Shown piece after piece: positions 49,328 through 59,281 of a stretch of DNA of 64,000 bases (positions are counted from its first letter, which is position 1; every line of letters starts with the position of its first letter). Source of the DNA: Candidatus Hermodarchaeota archaeon (lineage in GTDB: Archaea; Asgardarchaeota; Hermodarchaeia; Hermodarchaeales; Hermodarchaeaceae); contig JAEOTO010000006.1 in the NCBI GenBank assembly GCA_016839805.1, forward strand, positions 32,001 to 96,000, written 5' to 3'. The position numbers and the translations under genes were made by a program. The notes beneath the pieces were generated by a model, which made no database searches, had not been told where the DNA came from, and was given only the letters and a program-made list of their open reading frames with translations.

Positions 49328-49567
49328 ATGCCGAGAGAAAAAACCACTCGTGTTATTCCGCTTGCTCCCATTGATCGCCTTATCCGGAAAGCCGGTGCCG
49401 AACGGGTTAGTGAACATGCAGCTACTGAACTAGGTGAAGTCCTCGAGGAACTAGGGATTGATATCGCAACTATAGCGAAAGAACTCTCTGAATTTGCTGG
49501 GCGAAAAACCGTTACCCGTAAAGATGTGCGACTTGCCTATAAACAGTGGAAGAAGACCCGACGCTAA
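49328..49567 (+). CDS. Archaeal histone (HMf-type)
   Basis: IPLAPIDRLIRKAGAERVS...AGRKTVTRKDVRLA. Confidence 0.93.
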   Translation: MPREKTTRVIPLAPIDRLIRKAGAERVSEHAATELGEVLEELGIDIATIAKELSEFAGRKTVTRKDVRLAYKQWKKTRR

Positions 49568-49645
49568 TTCCCTGACTAGACAAGGAACATTCTCAAGACT
49601 TTAAATGGGTTCAATAGCACAATCTTAGTCAATATTCTTTTTTAG

Positions 49646-50872
49646 GTGAACATGATGCCAGACAATACATTACGTAATAACCTCGTGACCGAACGCACTA
49701 AGACAATTCATTATGCTATTCGTGATGTTGTAGTTGCTGCGAAAAAACTTGAAGCCAAAGGTCAAAAAATCACGTTTCTAAACATAGGTGATCCTATCGT
49801 CTATGACTTTGAAACTCCACACTTCATGATCGAAGCCTTTTGCAAGGCTGCAAAACAAGGGTTTAATGGATATTCTGCCTCGCAGGGAATCCCTGAGTTC
49901 CGTGAGGCTGTTGTTGAAAAGGAGAAACGAATCAACCAGGTCTCAATTCTCGCGCAAGATGTCATCGCAACTGCTGGAATTTCCGAAGGGATTCAAATGA
50001 TGATGGCAGCTCTTGTCCACCCTAAATCCGAGGTATTAGTCCCCGGACCAACTTATCCACCTTATCTCGCATTTGTCAGGTTCTTTAATGGAAAAGCAGT
50101 CACCTATCGTTGTATCGAAACCGAAGGGTGGCGACCAGATATCGAAGATATACGCGCCAAAATCTCCGATAAAACTGCTGCCATGGTGCTCATCAATCCT
50201 AACAACCCTACTGGCGCGATTTATCCCCCCAAAACCCTCCAAGCTTTCATCGATCTTGCTGGCGAATACAGGATTCCCCTTATTTCCGATGAGGTTTATG
50301 ACCGCTTAACCTATGATCAAACGGCAGCGAGTACGGCTTCTCTAGCGAAGGATGTCCCTATCATCGGTTTTAATGGACTATCCAAAGTATTTCTTGTTCC
50401 TGGATGGCGGATTGGTTACATGTACTTCCATCATCAAAACCAGGAATTGAACGAGCTCAAAGAACACATACTCAAACAAGCCCGAATCCGCATTTGCACT
50501 AACGCTCCTGCCCAATATGCAGCAGCTACTGCCTTGCACGAATCAGATGCCTATCTTCAGGATGTATTATCCCGTCTTCGAGAACGCCGAGATCTTGTCT
50601 GGAACCGCCTCAACGAAATTAACGGAATTTCTGCAACCAAGCCTGAAGGGGCTTTCTACATTTTTCCCAGTATCGATTTACAGAAAAGATGGTCAACAGA
50701 TGAAGCGTTCGTCATGGCCCTGCTAAAAGAAACTGGTGTTTTAGTTGTTCATGGTTCAGGCTTTGATCCCATTTTTGGTGCTGGACATTTTCGTTTAGTT
50801 TTTCTCGCTCCGCCAACTACACTCAACTCAGCGTTGAATGCCATTCAGCGGTTCGTTGAAAAAAGTCACTAA
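49646..50872 (+). CDS. Class I/II PLP-dependent aminotransferase (alanine aminotransferase-like)
   Basis: YAIRDV, LNIGDP, INPNNPTG, SDEVY, GLSKVFLVPGWRIG. Confidence 0.92.
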   Translation: MNMMPDNTLRNNLVTERTKTIHYAIRDVVVAAKKLEAKGQKITFLNIGDPIVYDFETPHFMIEAFCKAAKQGFNGYSASQGIPEFREAVVEKEKRINQVSILAQDVIATAGISEGIQMMMAALVHPKSEVLVPGPTYPPYLAFVRFFNGKAVTYRCIETEGWRPDIEDIRAKISDKTAAMVLINPNNPTGAIYPPKTLQAFIDLAGEYRIPLISDEVYDRLTYDQTAASTASLAKDVPIIGFNGLSKVFLVPGWRIGYMYFHHQNQELNELKEHILKQARIRICTNAPAQYAAATALHESDAYLQDVLSRLRERRDLVWNRLNEINGISATKPEGAFYIFPSIDLQKRWSTDEAFVMALLKETGVLVVHGSGFDPIFGAGHFRLVFLAPPTTLNSALNAIQRFVEKSH

Positions 50873-50887
50873 ATATCATACTCGCAT

Positions 50888-51193
50888 TTAAGGGGGTTGT
50901 GAGCTGGACTCCGGATCTGATGGTCCAGCTGTATTTATCCTCGCCTCTTGAACCATCCGACCAATCGCACCAAACATTCGCTCAGGAGAGAATTGTGGCA
51001 TACTGACATTGTTTTGAATAGCATTGAAAATCTCGTTATGATTCAAGTCTGTCATCAATGGAGTAGTTGCGATTTCGGTTTTGCCCCGGAAAATCCGTAT
51101 TGCCCAGCGATCTCCAATACGACCCAGTTCTACAAGATAGGATGTCAGTGGGAGTAGGTATTTCTGGGTGATAGGTTGGTATTCTTGGGACAT
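50888..51193 (-). CDS. Hypothetical protein
   Basis: 101-aa ORF. Confidence 0.55.
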   Translation of the reverse strand: MSQEYQPITQKYLLPLTSYLVELGRIGDRWAIRIFRGKTEIATTPLMTDLNHNEIFNAIQNNVSMPQFSPERMFGAIGRMVQEARINTAGPSDPESSSQPP

Positions 51194-51258
51194 GAACTGT
51201 CGCCTCTATCTATCGTATCCACCCATATGGGCTAAAAAGCCTTTGTGCACTTGTTTTT

Positions 51259-52509
51259 CTAAGACTTAGGTGTTGAACCTTCAACAAGGACTGTCTGTAC
51301 TGCTTCGGGAAACTCGATAGTGATGTCATTTCGAGTCACCTTTGATAACGACTTTTGAAGACGTTTTTGAAGAGTCTTCAGCTGTGAAGAAATCCTTTTG
51401 ATTTGTTCTTTATTATGAGTTAATTCCGATTTTACATCGCGATGTTCCCATTGCGCCCGTTCTAATGACTTTTCTAATTCCCGCCGCTCATCAGAAGACA
51501 CTGAAGCTTTCAAATCGGTTTTCCGTGACTCAAGATTAGTAAAACGATGCCGATACTCATCCAATGACCCTTTCTCACATATCTCCTCTTTACGCTCCAA
51601 CACTTTCCTTTCTAAGCTAGCTTTAAATTTGATTTTACTCCCTTGCAAAGCTTCTGCCAAGGCCCTCAATCCCGCCTTTAATTTCTCCAAGGATTCTGTA
51701 TCATTTTGAAAAGCCTGCCACGGATCTGCCGAATATGCATCAGCTCCTTCACCTGCTGTTGATGAAATCATCACAGCTCGTCCAGCAGCTTGACTTAATT
51801 TCTTGAACGGTTTTTTCAAAAAGTTCAGCTGGTTGGTGACAATCATCCGAACGCTGTCAATTTCCTTCCCAATCCCATCAATCTCATCCAGCCCTGAATC
51901 CATACGAAACTGCTCAATATCCCCCTTCTGTTCCTCAATCTTTCCTACCTTTTCCTCCTCCACCTTTTCAAGCTCAGACAATTGCTCTACCAACGACAAT
52001 AACTGACGAGACCTGTACTCAATCTCCTCTACTTCTCCCCCAATCTGATCCAATTGCTTCGGTACCTTTTCCTTCTCCCAAATCTTTCGAATCTTCTGGT
52101 AACTCTGTCCCACCACCCGAAACTGGTAATCAAACTCTTTGACAATCTTCTTATGGACTTTTGGCAACCGCGGAATATACCGTCTTCCAGCATCCGTAGC
52201 TTCGCGCAAATAGTCCTCTAAATCATCTAACAATTCCTGAACCGACGAATAGATAATTTCTTCAGGAATCATCATATCTTCAGCAATACTCTTTAACCGA
52301 CTTGACAACTTTGCCGCGGCTCCAGGCACTGTCAACTCTCCATCAATTACAACTTCTGCTAAAAGTTGATCCGAGGTTTCTACCGTCTTCGCCAAAGCGC
52401 CTTCAATCCGATCAGTTTGACGTTTAATGTCCGATCGATAGTTAAAGAGCAGCTCCTCAGCCCGCTTTTCAAACCATTCCGGTAATTCATATACACCAAT
52501 CGAAGTCAC
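51259..52509 (-). CDS. Long coiled-coil protein, function unknown
   Basis: Heptad-rich E/K/L composition; no ATPase motif seen. Confidence 0.7.
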   Translation of the reverse strand: MTSIGVYELPEWFEKRAEELLFNYRSDIKRQTDRIEGALAKTVETSDQLLAEVVIDGELTVPGAAAKLSSRLKSIAEDMMIPEEIIYSSVQELLDDLEDYLREATDAGRRYIPRLPKVHKKIVKEFDYQFRVVGQSYQKIRKIWEKEKVPKQLDQIGGEVEEIEYRSRQLLSLVEQLSELEKVEEEKVGKIEEQKGDIEQFRMDSGLDEIDGIGKEIDSVRMIVTNQLNFLKKPFKKLSQAAGRAVMISSTAGEGADAYSADPWQAFQNDTESLEKLKAGLRALAEALQGSKIKFKASLERKVLERKEEICEKGSLDEYRHRFTNLESRKTDLKASVSSDERRELEKSLERAQWEHRDVKSELTHNKEQIKRISSQLKTLQKRLQKSLSKVTRNDITIEFPEAVQTVLVEGSTPKS

Positions 52510-52672
52510 ACTGATATCCTCGCCTCACAAATCAGAAACAAGTATTAAAAAAACTACCTCAAAGAGAACCTTATACACCCCTACTACACCAAGCAATCCG
52601 CCAAAAAGCTTATCAGCGCCCTCCCATAGTCAACAATAGCAGAACCAACGCATCCTGGGATGTGAGCGGGCA

Positions 52673-53563
52673 ATTATCCATAACGCAATACTTTTCACCA
52701 TCAGCCCTCGCACAGACGAAGTCGGACTCCAAGCCAACGTCATCTTCCGCAAACAATACTGGCGCGTCGCCCTCAACGACGACATGATCCGCGAATTCCT
52801 CCGCGCCTACAAAGAATTCATGAGCCACGTCCAAAGTACCGACATCCCCACCCTCCCCATCCACATCCAAGGCGCCAAATACATCTTCACCAACATCGAA
52901 GACCTCCTCCTCGTCTTCATCAGCCACATGCAAGACGAAGACAACCGCGTCGCCGAAAAAGTCAAAACCGCCCTCCGCATGCTCGTCGGCAAATACGGCA
53001 CCGAACACATCAAAGAACTCGGCAACAACGACACCGCCGAACCCATCGAAGACCTCATTGACAACTACATCATGAGCAAACTCAAAGTCAGCCTCGTCGG
53101 CGAAGGCGGCGTCGGCAAAACCACCCTCCTCCGCCTCCTCAAAGGCAGCGCCCCACCCACCGAATACGTCCCCACCATCGCTCTCAGCATCGAACAAATC
53201 GAAGCCACCCGCTACGGAACCTACTCAATAATTTTATGGGACTTCGCAGGACAAGAGCGGTTTCGCCGGCTCTGGACCATTTATTTCAGGGGCTCAGACA
53301 TCGTATTCATCATCACCGACTCCACCCTCAACAACGTCATTGCCACAAAAGAAATCCTAGATGTCATCCGAAAAGACGCACCGGGTGTCCCTGTCTGGGC
53401 GATTGCCAACAAACAAGACCTCGAAGGCGCCCTCAGCCCCGAACTCGTCGAACGCATCCTCGGCATCCCCGCCTTCGGCATGGTCGCCATCGACCAAACC
53501 CGCAAAGAAGAAATGCTCCAAATTTTGCTCGATGCCGTCGATCGCTACATCGGGACGGAATAA
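52673..53563 (+). CDS. Longin-like domain + small GTPase (Arf/Rag-like); probable ATT start at 52673
   Basis: GEGGVGKTT, PTI, WDFAGQ, ANKQD. In-frame extension IIHNAILF...FRKQYWRV aligns with MIHNVFIM...FHRQYWSV of the 57870 paralogue. Confidence 0.88.
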   Translation: MIHNAILFTISPRTDEVGLQANVIFRKQYWRVALNDDMIREFLRAYKEFMSHVQSTDIPTLPIHIQGAKYIFTNIEDLLLVFISHMQDEDNRVAEKVKTALRMLVGKYGTEHIKELGNNDTAEPIEDLIDNYIMSKLKVSLVGEGGVGKTTLLRLLKGSAPPTEYVPTIALSIEQIEATRYGTYSIILWDFAGQERFRRLWTIYFRGSDIVFIITDSTLNNVIATKEILDVIRKDAPGVPVWAIANKQDLEGALSPELVERILGIPAFGMVAIDQTRKEEMLQILLDAVDRYIGTE

Positions 53564-53753
53564 AGACTATCACTTTAATTCAGACTAGTCACTTGTTTCA
53601 TGTAATTCTCCCAAGTACTCCGATAGAAATTCTAAGCGCATGTCTTGATCAGGCTTGGGTCATGGTCTTCCATCGTTGCGTAGGTTAAGCGGTGAACGCT
53701 TTTGTGTTGCCTCCTGCCATCAAGTTATAAGTTGGAACTTGAAAGGTAACTTT

Positions 53754-54110
53754 GTGACTGATCCGATGATTGTTTATTGTGGTCTTAACTGCAGTGAATG
53801 CCCTGCCTTTATTGCTTATCAAACTGATGATGATGCATTACGGAAAGAAACGGCGAAAAAGTGGTCAACACCGGATCATCCGGTTTCTGTTGAAGACATA
53901 AATTGTATGGGATGCAAATCAACGGAACCTCCTATCCATAGTTTTTGTTCAAAATGTGAAGTCCGAAGTTGTGCCATTGAACATGAGGTCGAAACTTGTA
54001 CCCATTGCCCAGAATACTCTTGTGAAAAACTCGATAAAATAATCGAAATGGTTGGCGATGAAGCAAGAAATCGACTCGAAAACATACGGAAACAGTTGTC
54101 TAAATCCTAA
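53754..54110 (+). CDS. DUF3795 Cys-rich protein
   Basis: YCGLNCSECPA, CMGC, CSKCEVRSCA, CTHCPEYSC. Confidence 0.85.
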   Translation: MTDPMIVYCGLNCSECPAFIAYQTDDDALRKETAKKWSTPDHPVSVEDINCMGCKSTEPPIHSFCSKCEVRSCAIEHEVETCTHCPEYSCEKLDKIIEMVGDEARNRLENIRKQLSKS

Positions 54111-54254
54111 ATTTGTTACCGAAAAAAACTGCTGAACTATTTGAGAGGAAGCCTTGTTGTTTGGGTGCTCTTTTTTCGGATTGGTTTATTCGAAATGAAT
54201 TTTATTGGCTAATAGGTGCGTCTTCTGAATTCGAAACGTGGAGAATGTATAAAG

Positions 54255-54671
54255 ATGGAACCAAGTAGGCTGGCTCGTCGGCTTGGAATGGCACTGATTG
54301 CCTGGAGTATTACAAGTATTGTTATTGGTTTGGTGTTACTGTTTGTTCCGATTAGTGTGCTTCAGGGGATTGGTCTACAAGCATTGCTGTGGGGTATTAT
54401 TGATGCTATAATCGCGGTGGTGGGGGTCTTCAGGAAGCAGGAGCAATCAGCGGACAAAGCGACGCGGTTTCTGAGAATTAACGTGTTTTTGGATGTCGGC
54501 TATCAGCTTGTGGGAATTCTGTTGATTGTGTTTTTGTGGCAAGATGCGTTCCTGTTAGGGAATGGGATTGGTATCATAATCCAAGGGGCGTTTTTGTTCG
54601 TATTGGATCTGTACTTTTACCGAAAATTTAGAAACATGGACATATCTACGCCTTCAAATAATGGAATGTGA
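54255..54671 (+). CDS. Small 4-TM membrane protein
   Basis: WGIIDAIIA, INVFLDVGY, GIIIQGAFLFVLD. Confidence 0.7.
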   Translation: MEPSRLARRLGMALIAWSITSIVIGLVLLFVPISVLQGIGLQALLWGIIDAIIAVVGVFRKQEQSADKATRFLRINVFLDVGYQLVGILLIVFLWQDAFLLGNGIGIIIQGAFLFVLDLYFYRKFRNMDISTPSNNGM

Positions 54672-54775
54672 TTAAAAAATCCACAGCTTTAGCTCCGTAG
54701 TTGAAAAAAATAAGTCTGGAAGACGTCGGGTTGTTCTATTACAGATTTTTGTGCTAATTGTGACTTAGATTAAGT

Positions 54776-55351
54776 ATGGATAAGTTGTCAGAGCTTCCTG
54801 ATCGGCTTGAAGCAGAACGCGTAGTAGTTAGGCGTTACCAGCAAGGCGATGGCAAAGCGCTGTTCGCCCTTCTTGAACGGAATAATAATCGTGAGTTTCT
54901 TCACGCGAATGTGGAGGAGGTTGCCTCGCTTGCCACGGTGAGAGACGCAGAGACTAAGGTTCAACGGCATATCACTGAATGGGTAGCGCGAGAACGTTTT
55001 GTTATGGGAATCTGGTTAAAATCAGATCTGAACTATGTGGGAGAGATATGGATTGAACCAAAGCGATGGGAGGTTCCCTCCTTTGAACTGGGATGGTTTT
55101 TAGATCAAGGTTATCAGGGAAAGGGACTCGCCACTGAAGCAGCCAAGCGGGCGTTGGGATTCCTGTTTTCTGATTTACATGCCCACAAAGTCATTGTCAT
55201 TACACGGGATACGAACCAAAGAAGCGCGAAATTAGCTGAGCGTTTAGGATTTACAAAAGAGGGACATTTTCGTGAATGCAGAGCAGAAAATGGCATTCAC
55301 TATGGTCTGGTCTATTATGGACTGCTCAAAACAGAATTTTCCCATGAATAA
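54776..55351 (+). CDS. GNAT N-acetyltransferase (RimJ/RimL family)
   Basis: ELGWFLDQGYQGKGLATEA, NQRSAKLAERLGF. Confidence 0.9.
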   Translation: MDKLSELPDRLEAERVVVRRYQQGDGKALFALLERNNNREFLHANVEEVASLATVRDAETKVQRHITEWVARERFVMGIWLKSDLNYVGEIWIEPKRWEVPSFELGWFLDQGYQGKGLATEAAKRALGFLFSDLHAHKVIVITRDTNQRSAKLAERLGFTKEGHFRECRAENGIHYGLVYYGLLKTEFSHE

Positions 55352-55452
55352 TACTCCAGTGACAAAGAGTTGACTTCAAACACATTTACGACTTCCGTGT
55401 GAATAATTACGTATTTGTAATCACCGACTGCTAGCCCTTATCCTAAAAAGGA

Positions 55453-56118
55453 ATGGTGAGTAGAATTATTGGGGAGACTCTTTTGTCTATTGGAAATGTT
55501 GATGGGCTTATCCAAGAGTGGAGAAGAGATAAAAAGCGGAGGTCTAGGAGGGGAACGTTTGCTCAGGATCCGAAGGGCTACCAGCAGTTCGTTGCTACAG
55601 TAGCGGGTCAATATCTTCCAAAGATCAGAGCTTTCCTTACGTCGGATTACCATGATCGAAAAGCGGCTCTTAAGACGTGGAGAGAGCTTATCGCTGAGTT
55701 TGGGGAGGATATGAGGATGTTGGATGCATTTGATCCAACTGGTAACACTCAGTTCTTCGCTGCCATTGTCACTGCTCAGGGAGCCCTGCGAGATAAGGAG
55801 GCTAAGAAGGCATTTGAGCAATCGAAAAAAGAGCCTAGTGACGCCTTCGGGAATCCTGAATTCATCAGCAGTATAGCAGCTTCAATCGACACAATTCTCG
55901 ATCAGACGTTCCATGCGATGCGGGGGATGATTGGCAAGGATTTACGGCGCTCATTGATTAGAAAAGCTTCCCAGAAGCTGCATAATACCTTAGCACAAGG
56001 ATTGGTTGAAGCCATTAATGATCTAACTGCTCTTCTTCTCCCCTCGTTGGTCATTGTAGAAATGGAATTAGAGAAATTCCACATTAAGAAACTGAAGGTT
56101 CCTGAACGGGGTCAGTGA
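55453..56118 (+). CDS. Hypothetical helical protein
   Basis: 221-aa ORF; no motif recognised. Confidence 0.55.
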   Translation: MVSRIIGETLLSIGNVDGLIQEWRRDKKRRSRRGTFAQDPKGYQQFVATVAGQYLPKIRAFLTSDYHDRKAALKTWRELIAEFGEDMRMLDAFDPTGNTQFFAAIVTAQGALRDKEAKKAFEQSKKEPSDAFGNPEFISSIAASIDTILDQTFHAMRGMIGKDLRRSLIRKASQKLHNTLAQGLVEAINDLTALLLPSLVIVEMELEKFHIKKLKVPERGQ

Positions 56119-56282
56119 ATAGATTCTAAGTATTTTTCTCCGATCCACTATTTGCCGTTTTATTAACATTAACTAGGTAGGTTTATTTTTCATCATAAAA
56201 CTGAGCGAAGTTAACACTAGGTAGCCGAAACCAATACATACAAATCATGCTTGAATTGTAACGGATTCCACTTACTACTAGG

Positions 56283-56648
56283 GTGTGCTTTAAAATACCT
56301 CGAGTAATAGATTTTGAAATTCCAGCTGATGATATTGAACGTATTACGCAGTTTTATACGACAGTGTTTGGCTGGAAGATCGAAAAGTGGCCAGGACCAG
56401 TAGATCACTGGTTTTTAATTACCGGTGATGATTCGGAGCTAGGAATTAATGGTTCCTTTGCAATGCGTGAGGATTTTCCCGAAGGTACTACTGTGAATGT
56501 GATTGGTGTGGATGATGTGGACAAGTATGCAGCGTTAGTGGAGGCGCATGGGGGTCAATTGGTTGGTGACAAGATTGTGATTCCTGGTGTAGGTTGTTAT
56601 CGCTATTTCAAAGATACCGAAGGGAATCTAATGGGAATGATGCAATAA
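56283..56648 (+). CDS. VOC/glyoxalase family protein
   Basis: FEIPADD, FYTTVFGW, IPGVG, FKDTEGN. Confidence 0.88.
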   Translation: MCFKIPRVIDFEIPADDIERITQFYTTVFGWKIEKWPGPVDHWFLITGDDSELGINGSFAMREDFPEGTTVNVIGVDDVDKYAALVEAHGGQLVGDKIVIPGVGCYRYFKDTEGNLMGMMQ

Positions 56649-56828
56649 GATTCTTCTTCAAGATAATCAGCCAAAAAGTGACATTTTCGGATTCAGTATC
56701 TCGGAATGAATGCACCTAATCCGCTATAAGTGCAAAAACCTTTTCTGCGCCGTTTCTTAACGTTGGTTGAAGCCAAGACATTGAACTTGATTTGGTCTAC
56801 ACAATTCCAGGCTAGAAGGTGAGTTATC

Positions 56829-57848
56829 ATCCCTCGGGGGCTCGTATTAAGTCATTGGGATACTAAGGAAGGATTAGAAATTTTAGCGAAATTTCCGACC
56901 TCCCTGGACTTCGATGTTGAACATCTATCCATGATGTTTTACAGCTGTGCCCTAGAAGAGCCTGGAACCGTTTTTCAAGTATTTCCAACTAAAGATGTGA
57001 CAGAAAGGGCAGCAATCACCTGTACACGGACCATCCGAGATGGAGTCGAAGACGACTTCTGTATCACCGCGTTGCTCACTTCCGAAGAAGAGGGATCTGC
57101 TTATGAAGCAATCCTCAACTCTACTCTAAAACGAATTTTAAATGCGAAAAGTGATTCTCCCAAACGTTCACGCCGCTATCGACAAATTCTCTCAGATAGC
57201 TATCGCAAAATTGAACGGCGGGGTGGTTCACGTGACCGCTCATTGTGTCCCTACAAATATGAACGACCAGTCAAGGGTGATAAACTCACCTCCTATTGCC
57301 GTGTCGTGAAAAAACAATGCTATCTCACCATTTACGAAATGTCGGGTTATCCCCAATGTCCCCGGTATATTCGGCGTGAACGGCAAATCCAACTCGCTAA
57401 TGCCCGACGATTAGTACGTGCTGGCATCAACCGTATTCTCGAAGAATACGATCAAGAACGACAAAAGTCTAAAAAGCATAAACCAGGAGCCTGGAGCGAA
57501 CCGGTTCACGCCATCCTCGAGAGGCTATTCGCCATTCTCTCAGTTTCTCCTGAAACTGAAAACTACTCCCACCGTATTGTTGAACATGTTGGCAAAGAAG
57601 GGTTTTTCCAGGGGCATCCTCGTCCAATTATAGCCGCATCAATTGCTTATTATAGTGCCAAACAGACCGGTGATTCCTTACCCGAAAACGATATAATCGA
57701 ACTTGTGGGATGTTCCCGTACTTCCCTACGTCGAAATTACAGGGAACTCCGAAACCTCCTCGGTTCGGACGATAAAAAACTCCCGCAGCATAAACGACGT
57801 CAGCGTCGCACATCAAGACGAGAAAAAGCCGCTACTCGTGCAGAATAA
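56829..57848 (+). CDS. Longin/uDENN-like domain + Cys4 motif + TFIIB cyclin-fold repeat fusion; probable ATC start
   Basis: In-frame upstream IPRGLVLSHWDTKEGLEILAKFP aligns with MPRGLSVCRWDDKVGLRIVGVYP (59518); C-terminal GFFQGHPRPIIAASIAYYSAKQTG...VGCSRTSLRRNYREL resembles the TFB repeat. Confidence 0.75.
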   Translation: MPRGLVLSHWDTKEGLEILAKFPTSLDFDVEHLSMMFYSCALEEPGTVFQVFPTKDVTERAAITCTRTIRDGVEDDFCITALLTSEEEGSAYEAILNSTLKRILNAKSDSPKRSRRYRQILSDSYRKIERRGGSRDRSLCPYKYERPVKGDKLTSYCRVVKKQCYLTIYEMSGYPQCPRYIRRERQIQLANARRLVRAGINRILEEYDQERQKSKKHKPGAWSEPVHAILERLFAILSVSPETENYSHRIVEHVGKEGFFQGHPRPIIAASIAYYSAKQTGDSLPENDIIELVGCSRTSLRRNYRELRNLLGSDDKKLPQHKRRQRRTSRREKAATRAE

Positions 57849-57869
57849 AACACAGGAGAATTAACTCGC

Positions 57870-58739
57870 ATGATTCACAACGTCTTCATCATGACCCGCG
57901 AAGGACGCATGGCCTTCCACCGTCAATACTGGTCCGTCGATATCACCACCGAAGATCGACAAGAATTCGTCGCCACTTACAAACACTTCGAAAAAGACCT
58001 CGGAGCCACCGTCGACCTCCCCATACATGTTAAAAACAACAAATTCATCTACACCGATGCTGGCACTCACCTCCTCCTCGTTTTCGCCGTTGACATCTCC
58101 GACGAAGACGAAAAAATCCGAGAACTCCTCAAAAAAACTCGCGAACTCCTCATCGACAAATACGGTCACGAAATCGACGCCTACATCCAAAAACCCGCTC
58201 CCCTAGGCCAAGCCTTCCAAGGCTTCGAAAAAGAACTCGACAGCGTCATCGTCACCATGCTCAAAATCTGCCTCCTTGGTCAAGGTGGCGTCGGCAAATC
58301 CACCATGCTCAAACTACTAACCGCCGACAGCATCCCCGGCGAATACTACCCCACCATCGCCGTCGACATCGAAACCCTCCAAGGCGTGCGCTTTGGCCCC
58401 TACGAACTCGCCGTCTGGGACTTCGCAGGACAAGACCGCTTCCGCTCCCTCTGGAACTACTACCTCCGGAACGCAGACGCCGTCTTACTCGTCACCGATT
58501 CCACCTTGAAAAATGTCTTAGAAACCCGTGATATTTTAGAAATCGTCCGCAAGAATGCACCCGCCTGCATTGCCTGGGCCATTGCCAACAAACAAGACCT
58601 CCCCGGCGCCCTCGCCCCCAAACTCGTCCAACGCATCCTCGGCGTCCAAGCCTACGGCCTCGTCGCCATCGACCCTCGCTATCGCGAAACCCTCTACAAA
58701 ATCATCCTCGGCGCCGTCGCTGAAGCCACCACCGATTAA
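57870..58739 (+). CDS. Longin-like domain + small GTPase (Arf/Rag-like)
   Basis: N-terminal MIHNVFIMTREGRMAF; GQGGVGKST, PTI, WDFAGQ, ANKQD. Confidence 0.9.
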   Translation: MIHNVFIMTREGRMAFHRQYWSVDITTEDRQEFVATYKHFEKDLGATVDLPIHVKNNKFIYTDAGTHLLLVFAVDISDEDEKIRELLKKTRELLIDKYGHEIDAYIQKPAPLGQAFQGFEKELDSVIVTMLKICLLGQGGVGKSTMLKLLTADSIPGEYYPTIAVDIETLQGVRFGPYELAVWDFAGQDRFRSLWNYYLRNADAVLLVTDSTLKNVLETRDILEIVRKNAPACIAWAIANKQDLPGALAPKLVQRILGVQAYGLVAIDPRYRETLYKIILGAVAEATTD

Positions 58740-58747
58740 ACAGTGAA

Positions 58748-59281
58748 TTATCCCTTTTTTAGCTGGTTTCGTTTTAATTGGATACCTACCATAGGAATTA
58801 TGGTGATAGTTCCCATTAAAAGAAATACGGCTGCAGATAAAACATATGGAGTTAGTAACATCAGGAGGGCTCCGGTCACAAAGACCATTATAATGATCAG
58901 CATGGCTGCGATCCAAAACCCCGGGAGTTCATGCTTGGACACATACTGCATTCGCCATAACGCCCAAACCAGATGAACCACGGCAAACATGACAAACCAC
59001 CCTAGAATATAATCCAACCACGGAATCACATCCATCGGTAACCATCCATACGCAACCCATGAATACGGGCTCAACAAAATAAAAGCTCCAGATACAAGAG
59101 CCCCTCCAATCCATGTAGCTAGAGCCAACGGCACAAACAACCATTTACTCCACCTTTCCACCTCCCTCCCGCCCAACGTCGGTCGAAGTAACCAATTAAC
59201 CCACAAAGTAAACCCCCAACTCCCAAGTAAAATACAAACAAATGGAAGAAAGAACGTTAAACCCGGAATCACATTCAACAT
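58748..59281 (-). CDS. Membrane protein (~5 TM), function unknown
   Basis: Hydrophobic segments; GGAG SD upstream. Confidence 0.65.
   Translation of the reverse strand: MLNVIPGLTFFLPFVCILLGSWGFTLWVNWLLRPTLGGREVERWSKWLFVPLALATWIGGALVSGAFILLSPYSWVAYGWLPMDVIPWLDYILGWFVMFAVVHLVWALWRMQYVSKHELPGFWIAAMLIIIMVFVTGALLMLLTPYVLSAAVFLLMGTITIIPMVGIQLKRNQLKKG

Noticed and set aside
51259-52509. SMC/Rad50 assignment for the coiled-coil protein
   Set aside because: No Walker A/B or ABC signature motif.
52613-53197. 194-aa antisense ORF (also 57861-58190, 45077-45268, 45066-45434, 58555-58746)
   Set aside because: Shadow ORFs produced by the strong C/A third-position bias of the real genes.
52673-58739. Possible DGR template/variable repeat pair (A/C-rich paralogous GTPases)
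   Set aside because: No reverse transcriptase in the window; differences are ordinary paralogue divergence, not adenine-specific.
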